Of a stretch of 64,000 nt of DNA, positions 1 to 14,100 are shown in pieces (the stretch's first letter is position 1; each line of letters opens with the position of its first letter). A model generated the notes under the pieces. The model worked only from the letters and a program-made list of their open reading frames with translations. It was not told the DNA's origin and searched no databases. The DNA comes from Perna viridis (Eukaryota), in NCBI GenBank assembly GCA_037379345.1, contig CM074517.1, forward strand, positions 20,274,001 to 20,338,000, in the 5' to 3' direction. The translations under genes were made by a program, and so were the position numbers.

Positions 1-469
1 AACAGTAAGTAGTTTTTCTATTTTTTTCCGTTAATATATTAAATATATTAAATGACCATTTTTGTTCTTGGAGACTTCAGTGAATAAACATTGCCAGTGA
101 TAGCATTCGACGTAAAGTGTATGTCGATTTCAATGTTCGATGTAGCTGGGATTACTGATAATCATACTCTTTTAATTAAAGTTGTTGTGATATACGATGC
201 AAAATTATAATACTATCAAACGCCTTTAATCAGCTCTATACCATGTCGAAGCGATATAAGCCATGTAACATATAATTTGCACTGTTCATTTGATTAATAA
301 TCAATCATAAGCAATGGAGTTAAGAACGAATAATTGTCGTTTAAATTCAGAGATAATAATGTAGGTATACTTATGAACAATCAATAGATATTTAAACTAT
401 AAATCTGGAACATGGATCAGCATTTAAAAAAAATGACCCAGAAGAACCAGAATTCGAGCGAATATATTC

Positions 470-660
470 GGACGCCTACCCTACCGGTGCACCTGGTTCA
501 TGCTCCCAGTTTTTAGTGGAGTCCGAGTTGCTCATATGCTTTTGTTACTTTGTATGTATGATTTTAGTTACTGTATGTTCTTTGTTGTGTATGTATGTTT
601 TCCATGTCGGGTCTTTGTCCCTGGATTACATTCATTTGATTACTGCTATAACCTTGGTTC
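470..660 (+). mobile_element. 3' tail fragment of the Penelope-like element family
   Basis: Near-identical to the tail at 29746-29937 (GGACGC..CCCTACCGGTGCACCTGG..GGAGTCCGAGTTGCTCAT..ATAACCTTGGTTC). Confidence 0.85.
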
Positions 661-1319
661 AAACAAGCGTACCTGTGTGCACTTTATTCTATTTTGAATA
701 TATATACTAACCTAAGCACTAACCTGTCTGCAAAAGTAAGATAAAGACCCTAGCATACACTGTGAGTATTATAAAGTCAATAATTTTAATTTTGTTTGCG
801 GTTTTACCAACAAGAGTTGAAAAAAACAGTGTTTGCGTAGTTTAATCGCCTTAATATATTTGTATTAAAGATTAGAAAAAAAGATCCTTACAGCGTTTTA
901 TCCTGCAATGAGGTTATTTGTTAAACGAATAAAGGTATACGGTTATTGTTTTTGCTGTGTCCGTACATTAACAGATTATCGACTTTCTGGCTCCTCCCAC
1001 TCACGTGATCGGCGGAACTACTTTTTTCTGGTATGCGTAAATTAATCATGGCCGCCACCATAGATACGATATAAACAAATTGCGATTGCGTATTCGGTTA
1101 ATCTTTTTTTTTTGCTTTTTTTTTCGTTTTCACCTGAATGAAATAAAATATTTTATGTAAACCAAATAATGATTTTGTTTGTATTTTTTTCACTGTCTTA
1201 TATATGGCAAATCCCAAATCTCGTTCAGATTTGATTCATTATCAGTTTGTAGACGACTTCCCCTGTCATTTCAGTCATGTCGGACTCAGAGCAAGAGTGT
1301 GCGTCACAATTTAACATAA

Positions 1320-1459
1320 NNNNNNNNNNNNNNNNNNNNNNNNNNNNNNNNNNNNNNNNNNNNNNNNNNNNNNNNNNNNNNNNNNNNNNNNNNNNNNNNN
1401 NNNNNNNNNNNNNNNNNNNNNNNNNNNNNNNNNNNNNNNNNNNNNNNNNNNNNNNNNNN
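1320..1459. other. Assembly gap (140 N)
   Basis: Run of N. Confidence 1.
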
Positions 1460-2614
1460 ATACACAACACGATTGATAAAGCCTGTGAGACATACAGAGT
1501 TGTTAAATTTAACTAAGAAACATACACAATTTGTACAAATCATTGATCAACATGAATCCTTGGTGAAAATCTGTATCATGTCCGATAAAGATCAATTTTA
1601 AGCTAATCTAATTTGTTTTAAATTTTTTTTGTCCATTGCTTACAAAATACCTTATTTGCGTTAAAACACTGCTTCTTTCGGATCTCCCTTATATCATCAA
1701 CAAGCTTCATTACAATTAAATTTGCTCAGAACACTGATATGTAACTATAACTTAGGTTTTGTAGAACTATAACAAACAAGATTACGTATGTTATCAAAAA
1801 TGCCAACGTATCCAAATCGTGTTCAATAAATTGATATTATTAGCATATCGATTGCTTGTTACTAACCAGCTGGTCACTGTATTAATTTGGGTACACACAA
1901 AACATGTGAAAAGTCGTGAATGACTAGGAACACACAAATATTCTTGAACTTTTTTCACTTGTTAAAATACTTTTAGTCGTTAATTTTGAAGATGCTAGTT
2001 AAAAAACCTTTCAATTGTATTTCTTTTATCAATATATATGCACGTGTTGTATAAAATTGATAAGAAATTGCTTATATCTTTCACACAAAACAAGCTCCTA
2101 GAAAAACAGCTGAATGTTTGACAAATAAAAACTCTAAAACGTTACTAATTTGAAATGCTTATCTAATACCAAGTACAATTTCACATACATATGCCATTTT
2201 ACAAAGTAATATAACTCACATTATAATCTTGGAAAAATTGGTTAATGTCAAAAGACGCAGTTTTAATGTCGTGAAATAAATTACTGTAACTTCGTATACA
2301 TAAGAATACAGAATATAAATTAAAGACAAAAGCAAAACTTACGTCACATTTCAATACTTCATTAGTATGAATGCCTTAAATAGAGATAATCCACAAATGT
2401 GCACTTGGCAATTCAGAACATAACTAAATAAAAAAGTGTGACTTTGTAGATTAAAATCCCCAAAAGTACAAATACTAAATTCATAATAATGCAATACTAA
2501 ATGTATCAAATGTAATGTTATAAAAATAACTGAATAACTCATAATAACGAATACTTGTTTACGAAACTAATTGTGATAATACAAATCAGTATATTTAAAG
2601 AATTCTGCAGTGTA

Positions 2615-3617
2615 CTAGTACTGTTTCGGCGCAAGTGGAAACACATAATGATTGAAAAATACTTCTGTTGTTTTCAAGTGACCTATATACATGGCTGTTT
2701 CAGGGGTGAACCCTGCTTGTATAGCTGCATTTGCTGCTGTTGGACTGAAACATTTTGTTTCATAGCAGTGTCCGCCTAAACCTAATATTTCTATAGATTC
2801 AAGTAAACTCTTAAACACATCATGTTTGATGCCATTATACGGTTTGACAGTCTCCAAAATAGAGGCCCATCATTAGGAGTTTTATGAGATTTTGAGTTGG
2901 TGGAGTGCGCATCTCAAATTCTAACCTGAAGGCTTTATTCTTTATCCAAAAGAACGTAATGAATAATGAGACCTGATCGTGAAATATCATATTGTCTCGT
3001 GTAAGACAAGTGTACCGATGTTTTTGCCTCTCAATTATAAATTTCGCCTCTTGAACAATGTGACCCTTGCCATGTGTGTAGATTTTTATAGAATACTCTG
3101 GTTTTAGACTCTTCATACCAGATATTTTTGCTGCTGTATGAAGACTTTCAAGGCTGTCTGGCGTCAACCGTGTAGTATTACGTTCGCGGTACTTACATAA
3201 CGATGCAGTGCCCTTATCGAGTTGTACTTTTACCAGTAAACTTGTGTATTCTGATTGCAAAAAGTTCATGTGTGCCATCAACAAATTGTAATCAATTGCT
3301 AAGTCATCTATTGTAGAGGACTCTGTGATTGTCGCAAGTTACTTGAGGTATGCCACTGTATATTTTTCTAATTTATTGATGATGGTTAAATGCTGCTGCT
3401 CATCACGTTTGATACCAGTTTTATTGTCAAATAATTTGACTTCATACGGTAACTTCACCTTTGCGAGAGAGTCTTTCAAACGCAAATACTCCCTTTGAAC
3501 ATCACTGCTTCTGTGAACTTTTGATCGCTGGTTTTGATTTACTGCTCTTTGAAGAGTTTCAATTGCTTGCATAAACTGCTTTGCGTCCAGTTTATCTTCA
3601 GAAAAGTCTTCTGTCAT
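2615..3617 (-). mobile_element. Degenerate, internally deleted tyrosine-recombinase (DIRS-like) retrotransposon relic: gag-like ORF followed by YR fragments
   Basis: ORFs 3339-3617 and 2835-3284 are one frame split by a stop and resemble the gag-like ORF of invertebrate YR retroelements as I recall it. 2615-2790 encodes KCFSPTAANAAIQAG..MYIGHLKTTEVFFNHY, a decayed YR C-terminal S-F-R-x-T..G-x-W..F..HY motif. No RT/RNase H is visible. Confidence 0.6.
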
Positions 3618-5380
3618 GCTAGTGAAATTGCATAATTAACAGCAAAAGATGCAGGTTTACGACTGTTATGTTGGAAAACAAAGATTGTAATCTAGTAAAC
3701 GTGTGACTTCAGTGTTTCTTCTATATGTAATAAGTCTAGTTTTAGATTTTTGCAGTAACAAAATAAACTTCATATTGTGTCCGCCTGTACAGATTTTTGT
3801 AATTACAAAAAGGACTTTCACCAACCCAAAGCCACCGCCCATTGAAGCATGTCCTTTATTGTAAACAGGTGTACACATTATATTTAAAAAAATGTCTTAA
3901 TTTAAGAATGAGGCCTTATTATGTTTTGAAACTTTTCCTTTCGTTATTTGACGACTTTTTGAATTTTTCAATGACGCCCAATAAATGGAAAAGTAAAGCG
4001 ATGTATTTCTTTCCTGATAGGTTATAAAGTATATATATGTGTGTATATTTCTCGGAAAACAAAATGTAAGCACCCTCGATGATAGTTGGTGTAGAGGTTG
4101 ATCGCTTAGGGGTATGTACTTAGTCCAATATGAACCTCTACCTGTATTACACCAATATTTGATAAACTCTGTATAGAATGTATACGAATACCTAAAATGC
4201 GCATCACTTATTTAGTGATCATTTTGACATAATTTTGTACACTTTGATACCCTTCATTTAGATCAACATGTATGAAAACTAAAAATGATCATCACAACCT
4301 GCCGGTAAAATTAAGGAAGGGTGCGGCCCGGTTTCATAAAAAAATAAAAGATTGAAGGTAAGATATAACATTTCGGTGAAGAAAGAAGAGTGATTAAATG
4401 TTAAAAGCGATGGTTGACAGGAAATCTTGTATCACTGGAACTATTTAAAGTTCCAAAAACAAAATACAGACTCTTTCTTCAAATAAGGCAATCTATTCTA
4501 TCCCTGGTGTCAACTTTTTGTCCAAGTATAGGTTTGGATTTATTGACAAAATTAGAGAGAAACATAGTTTTGATTTTATGATTTAAAGTAATCATACTTT
4601 ATATTATTTGATAAAATTTAACACATTTTGGAAACAATCCTGGTTTTGGGAACTTTAATATACATTCTGGTTATTTACAATGGATTATGGTTCTTTGGAG
4701 AAAGGTAATGCTCGGTTTATATCACGTTTTAAAAATAAACTTTCTCAAATCAGTATTAATAATACATGATATTTATTAAAATGTGTCCTTAATTTGCTAA
4801 CAAAACCTCATTTGCATTGCAACATAGACAATTCAGTGCAAAATTGAGCCAAAATTTGTAAATCCTGCCAAATTAAGAAATAAAAATCAATTTCATTACG
4901 TTTTTCATTGCAGGAGATATCTATCACAAGCTTCAGTATCTTTTAATATTCCAACAAAAAAAAACATTGTTTCATGACAAATAATGACAAAAATGAAGTT
5001 TGCGGAACCATATGACTGATATATTTGGATAAAACATCCTCATGCAAACATTTAAATTAGTAAAAAAATAATCAAAGTCTCAAAGGATACCTTTGATACG
5101 TTACAGTTGTAACAGCCAATTAGTCTAGTGTGTTTGGATTAAGTCATCTTTTAAACTTTCAATAAATATAGTTTAAATGTTCAATAAAGAAAGGGAAAAA
5201 AACGAATATTCACGTATCAAATCATATTGTTTAACATGTACTATCTTTAAAAAAAGATAGCCGACGCACTAATGTTTTTCTTTTTACATTATGAGTTTCT
5301 ACATTTCAAGAAAATAAAACGTTCCACGCAATTATAATTTTCGATACAGTTTTTTTTCGAACGCCACTTAGTTATCAGCA

Positions 5381-5581
5381 TTTGGCCAATCGGAAACAGA
5401 ATTGCAATCAGTCAGGTGACTTGCGTTTCCATAGAAGAGCGTCCTTAAGGTCAAACGGTGAAAAGCGAAAATATACCGACTGCGTCGGAAAAGAAAAGTA
5501 CAACAGACAACATTTATTACCGAAAACTAACTCTATAGATTGATGATATAAGTTAATATAACTTATTGTAGATTGGTGAGG
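5381..5581 (+). promoter_or_regulatory. Candidate promoter and non-coding first exon of the mucin gene
   Basis: CCAAT box at 5386, E-box-like GTCAGGTGAC at 5411, and donor-like TTG|GTGAGG at 5576. The start-codon exon has an acceptor at 6921, so an upstream UTR exon is expected. Confidence 0.3.
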
Positions 5582-5881
5582 AGTGAAATGTCTAAAAAAA
5601 AAACTGAGAAATTAAATTCGCTATAACTATTTTTACACTGTTGTGTCTTCTGTTAAAGCAGTGAAAATAAGTACATTGTGAAAAACAAAACATCGCCATT
5701 TGATTTATTTCTGACAATTTCTAAACAATTTAATTGGGTCATTTTTTGTTTTTATATATACAGCTATATATTTCGTTAGTATTTCACACTTGAAACTCGC
5801 GTTAATATGACGCAAAATAATTTATATAAATTATACAAACATTTACAATGTTTATTCTGGTAGTTAGTTTGAGGGTCTGTA

Positions 5882-6890
5882 AGAGTAATCAAGGGAACCG
5901 AGATCCTAGCGAAAATCAAAAGAATGTAATCCTGGGAGAAAAACCAGATATGGAAAATTGACACACACATCAAACAACAAAAAATAACCAAAATAATACA
6001 TACAAAGTAATAAAGGTAAATAAGCAACTCGCCTCCAAAAGAACTGTGGGCATGGACAAGGTGCACCGGTAGCGTAAGCGTCCTCTGCTTTTCTACAAAC
6101 ACCCGCCGAGTTGCTCATAAGAATTTAAAAATTGGGTACACGAATGAGAAAAAGAAAACTATGACATTTTGAACAAATAAGTTTTCGTGATGGAGATAGA
6201 TACATCGTAACGACCAGGAGTTTATGATGACTATAAAACTTCTGTTGCGATGACTTCAATCTTGTAGCAATATTACACTGTTCCAGAAGTCTAATTGTAA
6301 GAAGTATTGTACGATACAAAAAAAAGTCTGAAAAGTTACGGCAATGGAATCTCTAGCGGAAGGTATAAGTTGTGATATGAAAACACCATACGCAGGTGTT
6401 GAAGGGATATTGCCACAGATGAAAGGAAAGTTTACAATACGGAATGAAATGTCATTGCGTTTTTCATATAGTTTGGTCACTTGTTCTCCTTTACCATTTA
6501 TCTCTACGTTTAGGTCAAGATATGAGGCTCACTTCACAGTGTCTGAAGTATCCTTTGTATCAATTGCTTTGACGTAGAACTTGGTTTGTTTAACGATAAT
6601 TCGACATCTGTATAGCCGAAACTGAGATTCTTCTTTTGAATATAAAGCCAGCCTCATAGAGTGAAGGAATAGGCCAGAAAGTAGACTGGTACAATTTTGT
6701 CCAATTGGAATGCCAACCGTTGGTTGAAAAAGGCGTCCACCACACAAATGTGTTGTCGATCAAAAATTCCTGCATTTTGAAATATTTCCCCGGTATGTAT
6801 GATAGATGATTTGGAATTAATTTTCACAGAGTTTGACGAATGTCTACCAATAATTATATATTTGTATCTATTTGTACCGTCCTTTTTAAA
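5882..6890 (-). mobile_element. Degenerate Penelope-like element: RT C-terminal half plus 3' tail
   Basis: Frameshifted pieces GRLFQPTVGIPIG, TKDTSDTVK and KLYEKRNDISFRIVNFPFICGNIP are homologous to ORF 29017-29667. It ends in the family tail. Confidence 0.9.
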
Positions 6891-6957
6891 GGCAGACTTA
6901 AACATGTTTTTTTTATTTCAGGCACTTCTTGATGGATTACCCTAGGCCAACAAAAAG

Positions 6958-7030
6958 ATGAAGATACATAACGCTGCATATATGTTGCTTTTCCTGTTAA
7001 ATTTAGAAATGACCAACACTCAAAATACAG
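6958..7030 (+). CDS. Giant transmembrane mucin, signal-peptide exon (MKIHNAAYMLLFLLNLEMTNTQNT)
   Basis: Strong acceptor TTTTTTTTATTTCAG at 6921 and ATG at 6958. Basic N-terminus followed by a hydrophobic core. Donor ACAG|GTTAGT is phase 1, matching the phase-1 acceptor at 8174. Confidence 0.7.
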
Positions 7031-8174
7031 GTTAGTCTCATACAGAAAAAAAGTTAAACACATGTAAGCTAATGTTCGATATTTCTACAACTGTAAACAG
7101 TGTTTTGAACAATGAGCATTGGATAGAATGATATACATACGATGAACATAGGATAATATGATAAACTACATTATCGGTTATTAGTACAAAGTTTCTTTCA
7201 TATGTATTTTCTGACTATGTTTGGATCGGGTAATTCGTACTTGCAACCATTACAGAAATAGTAAATGAATATAAATGAAATTCGCTACATGTAAAGCAAT
7301 ATCTTAACCATTTATCCTGAAGTAAATCAACACTGCACTTTGCTAATCCACGAGTACGAATTGCTTCAGTCTTGTAAACATGTACATGTAAACCGTCTGC
7401 TCACGTGCTGAAGAACAAAAGTGGGAAAACCATGATGCTGACACGAATTATGCGGCCGGTGTTAATATTTTCTTGTAAACTAATTACTATTAAGTGCTAT
7501 TATACGGTAAAACAAATACATGGATAGTGACCAGATAACCGACAATATTTATCTTCCTTTGTACTTTTTTACTTTTACATTACAGGGGAATCGAGTGACT
7601 TTATATTCAAGAGAACAAGCAAATTATGTCAGATATAGCAATTCACAAAAACAAATAATTAATTCTTTTAATTCTAATCATGAAGCAAAAAACTGTCAAA
7701 AAAATATCTTGTGATACGTCAACCTTCTTTTGTAACGCTTCTTCAACTGATGCATGTGCAAAATTTTGACTGGAACGTATCATAAATCATGATGATCAGT
7801 GGTCTTACGATAACCTAGTCTCCATCTATTTAATTTTTATGGGTAATATTTTTAACCTTCTTGAAATAAATAGCACCATTCCCTTTTAAAATTGGCAAAA
7901 AACTGTTCAAAGGAATATATGACAATTTTGTTTTCTATAGTAACTTAATCACAGAGAGCCTTTTATTCCTATATCATACATACAAACCAGTAAATTGTGT
8001 AGTGAAACAATATATCCAGCACTATATATTGAAACAATATTTTAAATATTAGACAGCGACACAATCAATTTTGGATTTTATTAAATCGACGCTTTATAAA
8101 AATGGCAAAATGGTCGATAAAAAGTTTATCAAGGATATGACTCGAAAATGACAAATACCATTTTATGTTCATAG

Positions 8175-11100
8175 ATTTGGTAACCCTATCAGTTCTACCT
8201 TTGTGGTCTAATTTTCGCACTGAGTCTTCGGGAATTGCGGCTACAAAGACGACAAACACAAAAGAAACAACCTCAACTGGAGCTTTTATTCTTGTATCGC
8301 AAATGATACCAACATCAGTTCTAGCTACACGGTCAATGATTGTAGAAAGCGCTACATTGATTAAAGGAGAAAAGAAATCAATAGCAACTGAGCCATCATT
8401 TGTTGAAGCTTCACTATCTTCTAAAATACAAACCGTGACAATACTAACTGACGCTACCATACGTAATACAGATCAGGACACTTTCCCAAGACAACAGTTT
8501 GTGACATCGTCAATGAACAACAGTGCACTTACTGATAAATTGTTACCGATAGGTGAAACAATGTCAATGACAAATGTTCTACCATCTACTATTTCTATGA
8601 AGGAAATTGCTTCAAGAACCTCAATGGAGACCATGTCAGTAACTACAGAAAAACTGATTCAGCAAATCACAAAATCAATTGTTGTTAAAGAAATAGAGAC
8701 GTCAAAATATGTGACAGGAACAACACATAGTACACATTTATTGACGTCTCCTGTGTCGAAACTATTATCGATTGAAGCTGCAATGGCAAACGATACAGAT
8801 AGAGGTTTATCATATACTACAATAAAGGAATTCAATAATTATTCCGATAGCACATATATCAAAGTTTATGACGTAACTTCTTTATTAACACCATCGACGG
8901 GTCAAGCAATAAATGAAGCTACAATATCATCTGCAATAAGAACTAATCCAGAAATGACTAAAAATGAACACATCATTTCATTGACTTCTGTCCCGCTACC
9001 AAAATCCACCAAAGATTTTGCACATATTCCTCAAGTAGACTCAACATCATATGAAGACAGTGTGACAAATTCATTGATTGAGTCATCTTCCGTAGAGTAT
9101 ATTCAAGTTTCTACAATGGCATTTGACGCAACGGTTAATCAGATCATAAAGGCAATTCCAATTAGTCAATTAACATCAAATCCTCTTGAAGCATCGACAT
9201 CATTTGTCGACAGAAATATGTCATCATTGAAAGGAGAAGGAATATCAACTCAAATTTCGATACCACAAACTTCTCACACACCACCGTTAGTTTATGGAAC
9301 TGAAACCACATCAAGAGAAACAAAACACGTGTCAACTGACGCTCATAACTCTCTTATGGAACCCATGCCAGCATCAAGTGACACAAAATCTAACACACTT
9401 GCTTTCATCAAGTCAGTATTTGAAGTAGATGGAACATCAAATGAAGTAATAATGACAACACCTGGTTTTCAATCAATATCATGGTTAGTAACAGATACCA
9501 CATCTCAAACGACCTCAGGATTAGTATTCGAGCAAAGTGGTATTGAAACTACAAAATCAGATTTTGTAGCAGAACCGACATCAAGTGATATAAAGGTGCA
9601 ACCAGATATGGGAACCCTTTCGGTTCTACCTATGTGGTCTAATTCTCTAATTGCAGCTACAAAGACGGCAAACACAATAGAGACAACTTCAACTGGAGCT
9701 TTTATTCACGTATCGCAAATGAAACCAACAGCAGTTCAAACTACACGGTCAATGATTATAGAAAGTGCTACATTGATTGAAAGAGGAATGGAAACAAATG
9801 TAAATAATCCAACATTTGTTGAAGCTTCGCTTTCTTCTAAAATACAAACTGAGACATTACCAATTGACGCTACCATAAGAAATACAGATAAAGACACTTC
9901 CTCAAGACAACAGTTAGTGACAATGTCAATGCAAAACCATGAATTTAGTGATAACTTGTTAACATCTAGTGAAGTAATGACAATGTCAAACGAACTACTA
10001 ACAACTAATTCTAAAAGTGGAGACGTTTTAGGAAGCCCTGTAGTGACGATTTCGGAAACTGACGAAAAACCAATTAAAACATTCAAACCATCAATTGTTG
10101 TAAAATCAACGCCATCCCTTAAAATGGAGACGTCAATAAATGTGATAGGATCAACACATAGTGAACACGAAAAAACCACGCCAGTGTCGAGACAATTATC
10201 GATTGAAGCTGCAATGACAACCGATACCGAAAAAAGTACATCAAGTATTCCAATAATGAAAATCAATGATTATTCTGATAGGACATATATCAAAGTTTAT
10301 GAGGCAACTTCTTTACTAACACCTTCAACAGGTCAAGCAACAAAAGAAGCTACAATATCATCCGCTGTTAAAACTAATCCGGAAGTGACTACAAAAGAAG
10401 ACATCATTACATTGACTTCTGTCCCGCTACCAAAATCCACCAAAGATTTTGCACATATTCCTCAAGTAGACCCAACATCATATGAAGACAGTGTGACAAA
10501 TTCATTGATTGAGTCATCTTCCGTAGAGTATATTCAAGTTTCTACAATGGCATTTGACGCAACGGTTAATCAGATCATAAAGGCAATTCCAATTAGTCAA
10601 TTAACATCAAATCCTCTTGAAGCATCGACATCATTTGACGACAGAAATATGTCATCATTGAAAGGAGAAGGAATATCAACTCAAATTTCGATACCACAAA
10701 CTTCTCACACACCACCATTAGTTTATGGAACGGAAACCACATCAAGAGAAACAAAACACGTGTCAACTGACGCTCATAACTCTCTTATGGAACCCATGCC
10801 AGCATCAAGTGACACAAAATCTAACACACTTGCTTTCATCAAGTCAGTATTTGAAGTAGATGGAACATCAAATGAAGTAATAATGACAACACCTGGTTTT
10901 CAATCAATATCATGGTTAGTAACAGATACCACATCTCAAACGACCTCACGATTAGTATTCGAGCAGAGTGGTATTGAAAATACAAAATCAGATTTTGTAG
11001 CAGAACCGACATCAAGTGATATAAAGGTGCAACCAGATATGGGAACCCTTTCGGTTCTACCTATGTGGTCTAATTCTCTAATTGCAGCTACAAAGACGGC

Positions 11101-14100
11101 AAACACAATAGAGACAACTTCAACTGGAGCTTTTATTCACGTATCGCAAATGAAACCAACAGCAGTTCAAACTACACGGTCAATGATTATAGAAAGTGCT
11201 ACATTGATTGAAAAAGGAATGGAAACAAATGTAAATAATCCAACATTTGTTGAAGCTTCGCTTTCTTCTAAAATACAAACCGAGACATTACCAATTGACG
11301 CTACCATAAGAAATACAGATAAAGACACTTCCTCAAGACAACAGTTAGTGACAATTTCAATGCAAAACCATGAATTTAGTGATAAATTGTTAACATCTAG
11401 TGAAGTAATGACAATGTCAAACGAACTACTAACAACTAATTCTAAAAGTGGAGACGTTTTGGGAAGCCCTGTAGTGACGATTTCGGAAACTGACGAAAAA
11501 CCAATTAAAACATTCAAACCATCAATTGTTGTAAAATCAACGCCATCCCTTAAAATGGAGACGTCAATAAATGTGATAGGATCAACACATAGTGAACACG
11601 AAAAAACCACGCCAGTGTCGAGACAATTATCGATTGAAGCTGCAATGGCAACCGATACCGAAAAAAGTACATCAAGTATTCCAATAATGAAAATCAATGA
11701 TTATTCTGATAGGACATATATCAAAGTTTATGAGGCAACTTCTTTACTAACACCTTCAACAGGTCAAGCAACAAAAGAAGTTACAATATCATCTGCTGTT
11801 AAAACTAATCCGGAAGTGACTACAAAAGAAGACATCATTACATTGACTTCTGTCCCGCTACCAAAATCCACCAAAGATTTTGCACATATTCCTCAAGTAG
11901 ACTCAACATCATATGAAGACAGTGTGACAAATTCATTGATTGAGTCATCTTCCGTAGAGTATATTCAAGTTTCTACAATGGCATTTGACGCAACGGTTAA
12001 TCAGATCATAAAGGCAATTCCAATTAGTCAATTAACATCAAATCCTCTTGAAGCATCGACATCATTTGACGACAGAAATATGTCATCATTGAAAGGAGAA
12101 GGAATATCAACTCAAATTTCGATACCACAAACTTCTCACACACCACCATTAGTTTATGGAACTGAAACCACATCAAGAGAAACAAAACACGTGTCAACTG
12201 ACGCTCATAACTCTCTTATGGAACCCATGCCAGCATCAAGTGACACAAAATCTAACACACTTGCTTTCATCAAGTCAGTATTTGAAGTAGATAGAACATC
12301 AAATGAAGTAATAATGACAACACCTGGTTTTCAATCAATATCATGGTTAGTAACAGATACCACATCTCAAACGACCTCAGGATTAGTATTCGAGCAGAGT
12401 GGTATTGAAAATACAAAATCAGATTTTGTAGCAGAACCGACATCAAGTGATATAAAGGTGCAACCAGATATGGGAACCCTTTCGGTTCTACCTATGTGGT
12501 CTAATTCTCTAATTGCAGCTACAAAGACGGCAAACACAATAGAGACAACTTCAACTGGAGCTTTTATTCACGTATCGCAAATGAAACCAACAGCAGTTCA
12601 AACTACACGGTCAATGATTATAGAAAGTGCTACATTGATTGAAAAAGGAATGGAAACAAATGTAAATAATCCAACATTTGTTGAAGCTTCGCTTTCTTCT
12701 AAAATACAAACCGAGACATTACCAATTGACGCTACCATAAGAAATACAGATAAAGACACTTCCTCAAGACAACAGTTAGTGACAATTTCAATGCAAAACC
12801 ATGAATTTAGTGATAAATTGTTAACATCTAGTGAAGTAATGACAATGTCAAACCAACTACTAACAACTAATTCTAAAAGTGGAGACGTTTTGGGAAGCCC
12901 TGTAGTGACGATTTCGGAAACTGACGAAAAACCAATTAAAACATTCAAACCATCAATTGTTGTAAAATCAACGCCATCCCTTAAAATGGAGACGTCAATA
13001 AATGTGATAGGATCAACACATAGTGAACACGAAAAAACCACGCCAGTGTCGAGACAATTATCGATTGAAGCTGCAATGGCAACCGATACCGAAAAAAGTA
13101 CATCAAGTATTCCAATAATGAAAATCAATGATTATTCTGATAGGACATATATCAAAGTTTATGAGGCAACTTCTTTACTAACACCTTCAACAGGTCAAGC
13201 AACAAAAGAAGCTACAATATCATCTGCTGTTAAAACTAATCCGGAAGTGACTACAAAAGAAGACATCATTACATTGACTTCTGTCCCGCTACCAAAATCC
13301 ACCAAAGATTTTGCACATATTCCTCAAGTAGACTCAACATCATATGAAGACAGTGTGACAAATTCATTGATTGAGTCATCTTCCGTAGAGTATATTCAAG
13401 TTTCTACAATGGCATTTGACGCAACGGTTAATCAGATCATAAAGGCAATTCCAATTAGTCAATTAACATCAAATCCTCTTGAAGCATCGACATCATTTGA
13501 CGACAGAAATATGTCATCATTGAAAGGAGAAGGAATATCAACTCAAATTTCGATACCACAAACTTCTCACACACCACCATTAGTTTATGGAACTGAAACC
13601 ACATCAAGAGAAACAAAACACGTGTCAACTGACGCTCATAACTCTCTTATGGAACCCATGCCAGCATCAAGTGACACAAAATCTAACACACTTGCTTTCA
13701 TCAAGTCAGTATTTGAAGTAGATAGAACATCAAATGAAGTAATAATGACAACACCTGGTTTTCAATCAATATCATGGTTAGTAACAGATACCACATCTCA
13801 AACGACCTCACGATTAGTATTCGAGCAAAGTGGTATTGAAACTACAAAATCAGATTTTGTAGCAGAACCGACATCAAGTGATATAAAGGTGCAACCAGAT
13901 ATGGGAACCCTTTCGGTTCTACCTATGTGGTCTAATTCTCTAATTGCAGCTACAAAGACGGCAAACACAATAGAGACAGCTTCAATTGAAGATTTTATTC
14001 ACGTATCGCAAATGAAACCAATAGCAGTTCAAACTACACGGTCAATGATTATAGAAAGTGCTACATTGATTGAAAGAGGAATGGAAACAAATGTAAATAA

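Noticed and set aside
990-1319. Promoter-like motifs (TCACGTGA, ATGGCCGCC) and ORF start MSDSEQE before the first gap
   Set aside because: It is cut by the N gap, and nothing recognisable continues after it.
8165-8174. ATG at 8165 (and GTG at 30395) as start codons
   Set aside because: Both lie at or just past splice acceptors, no signal peptide follows, and a better start exon exists at 6958.
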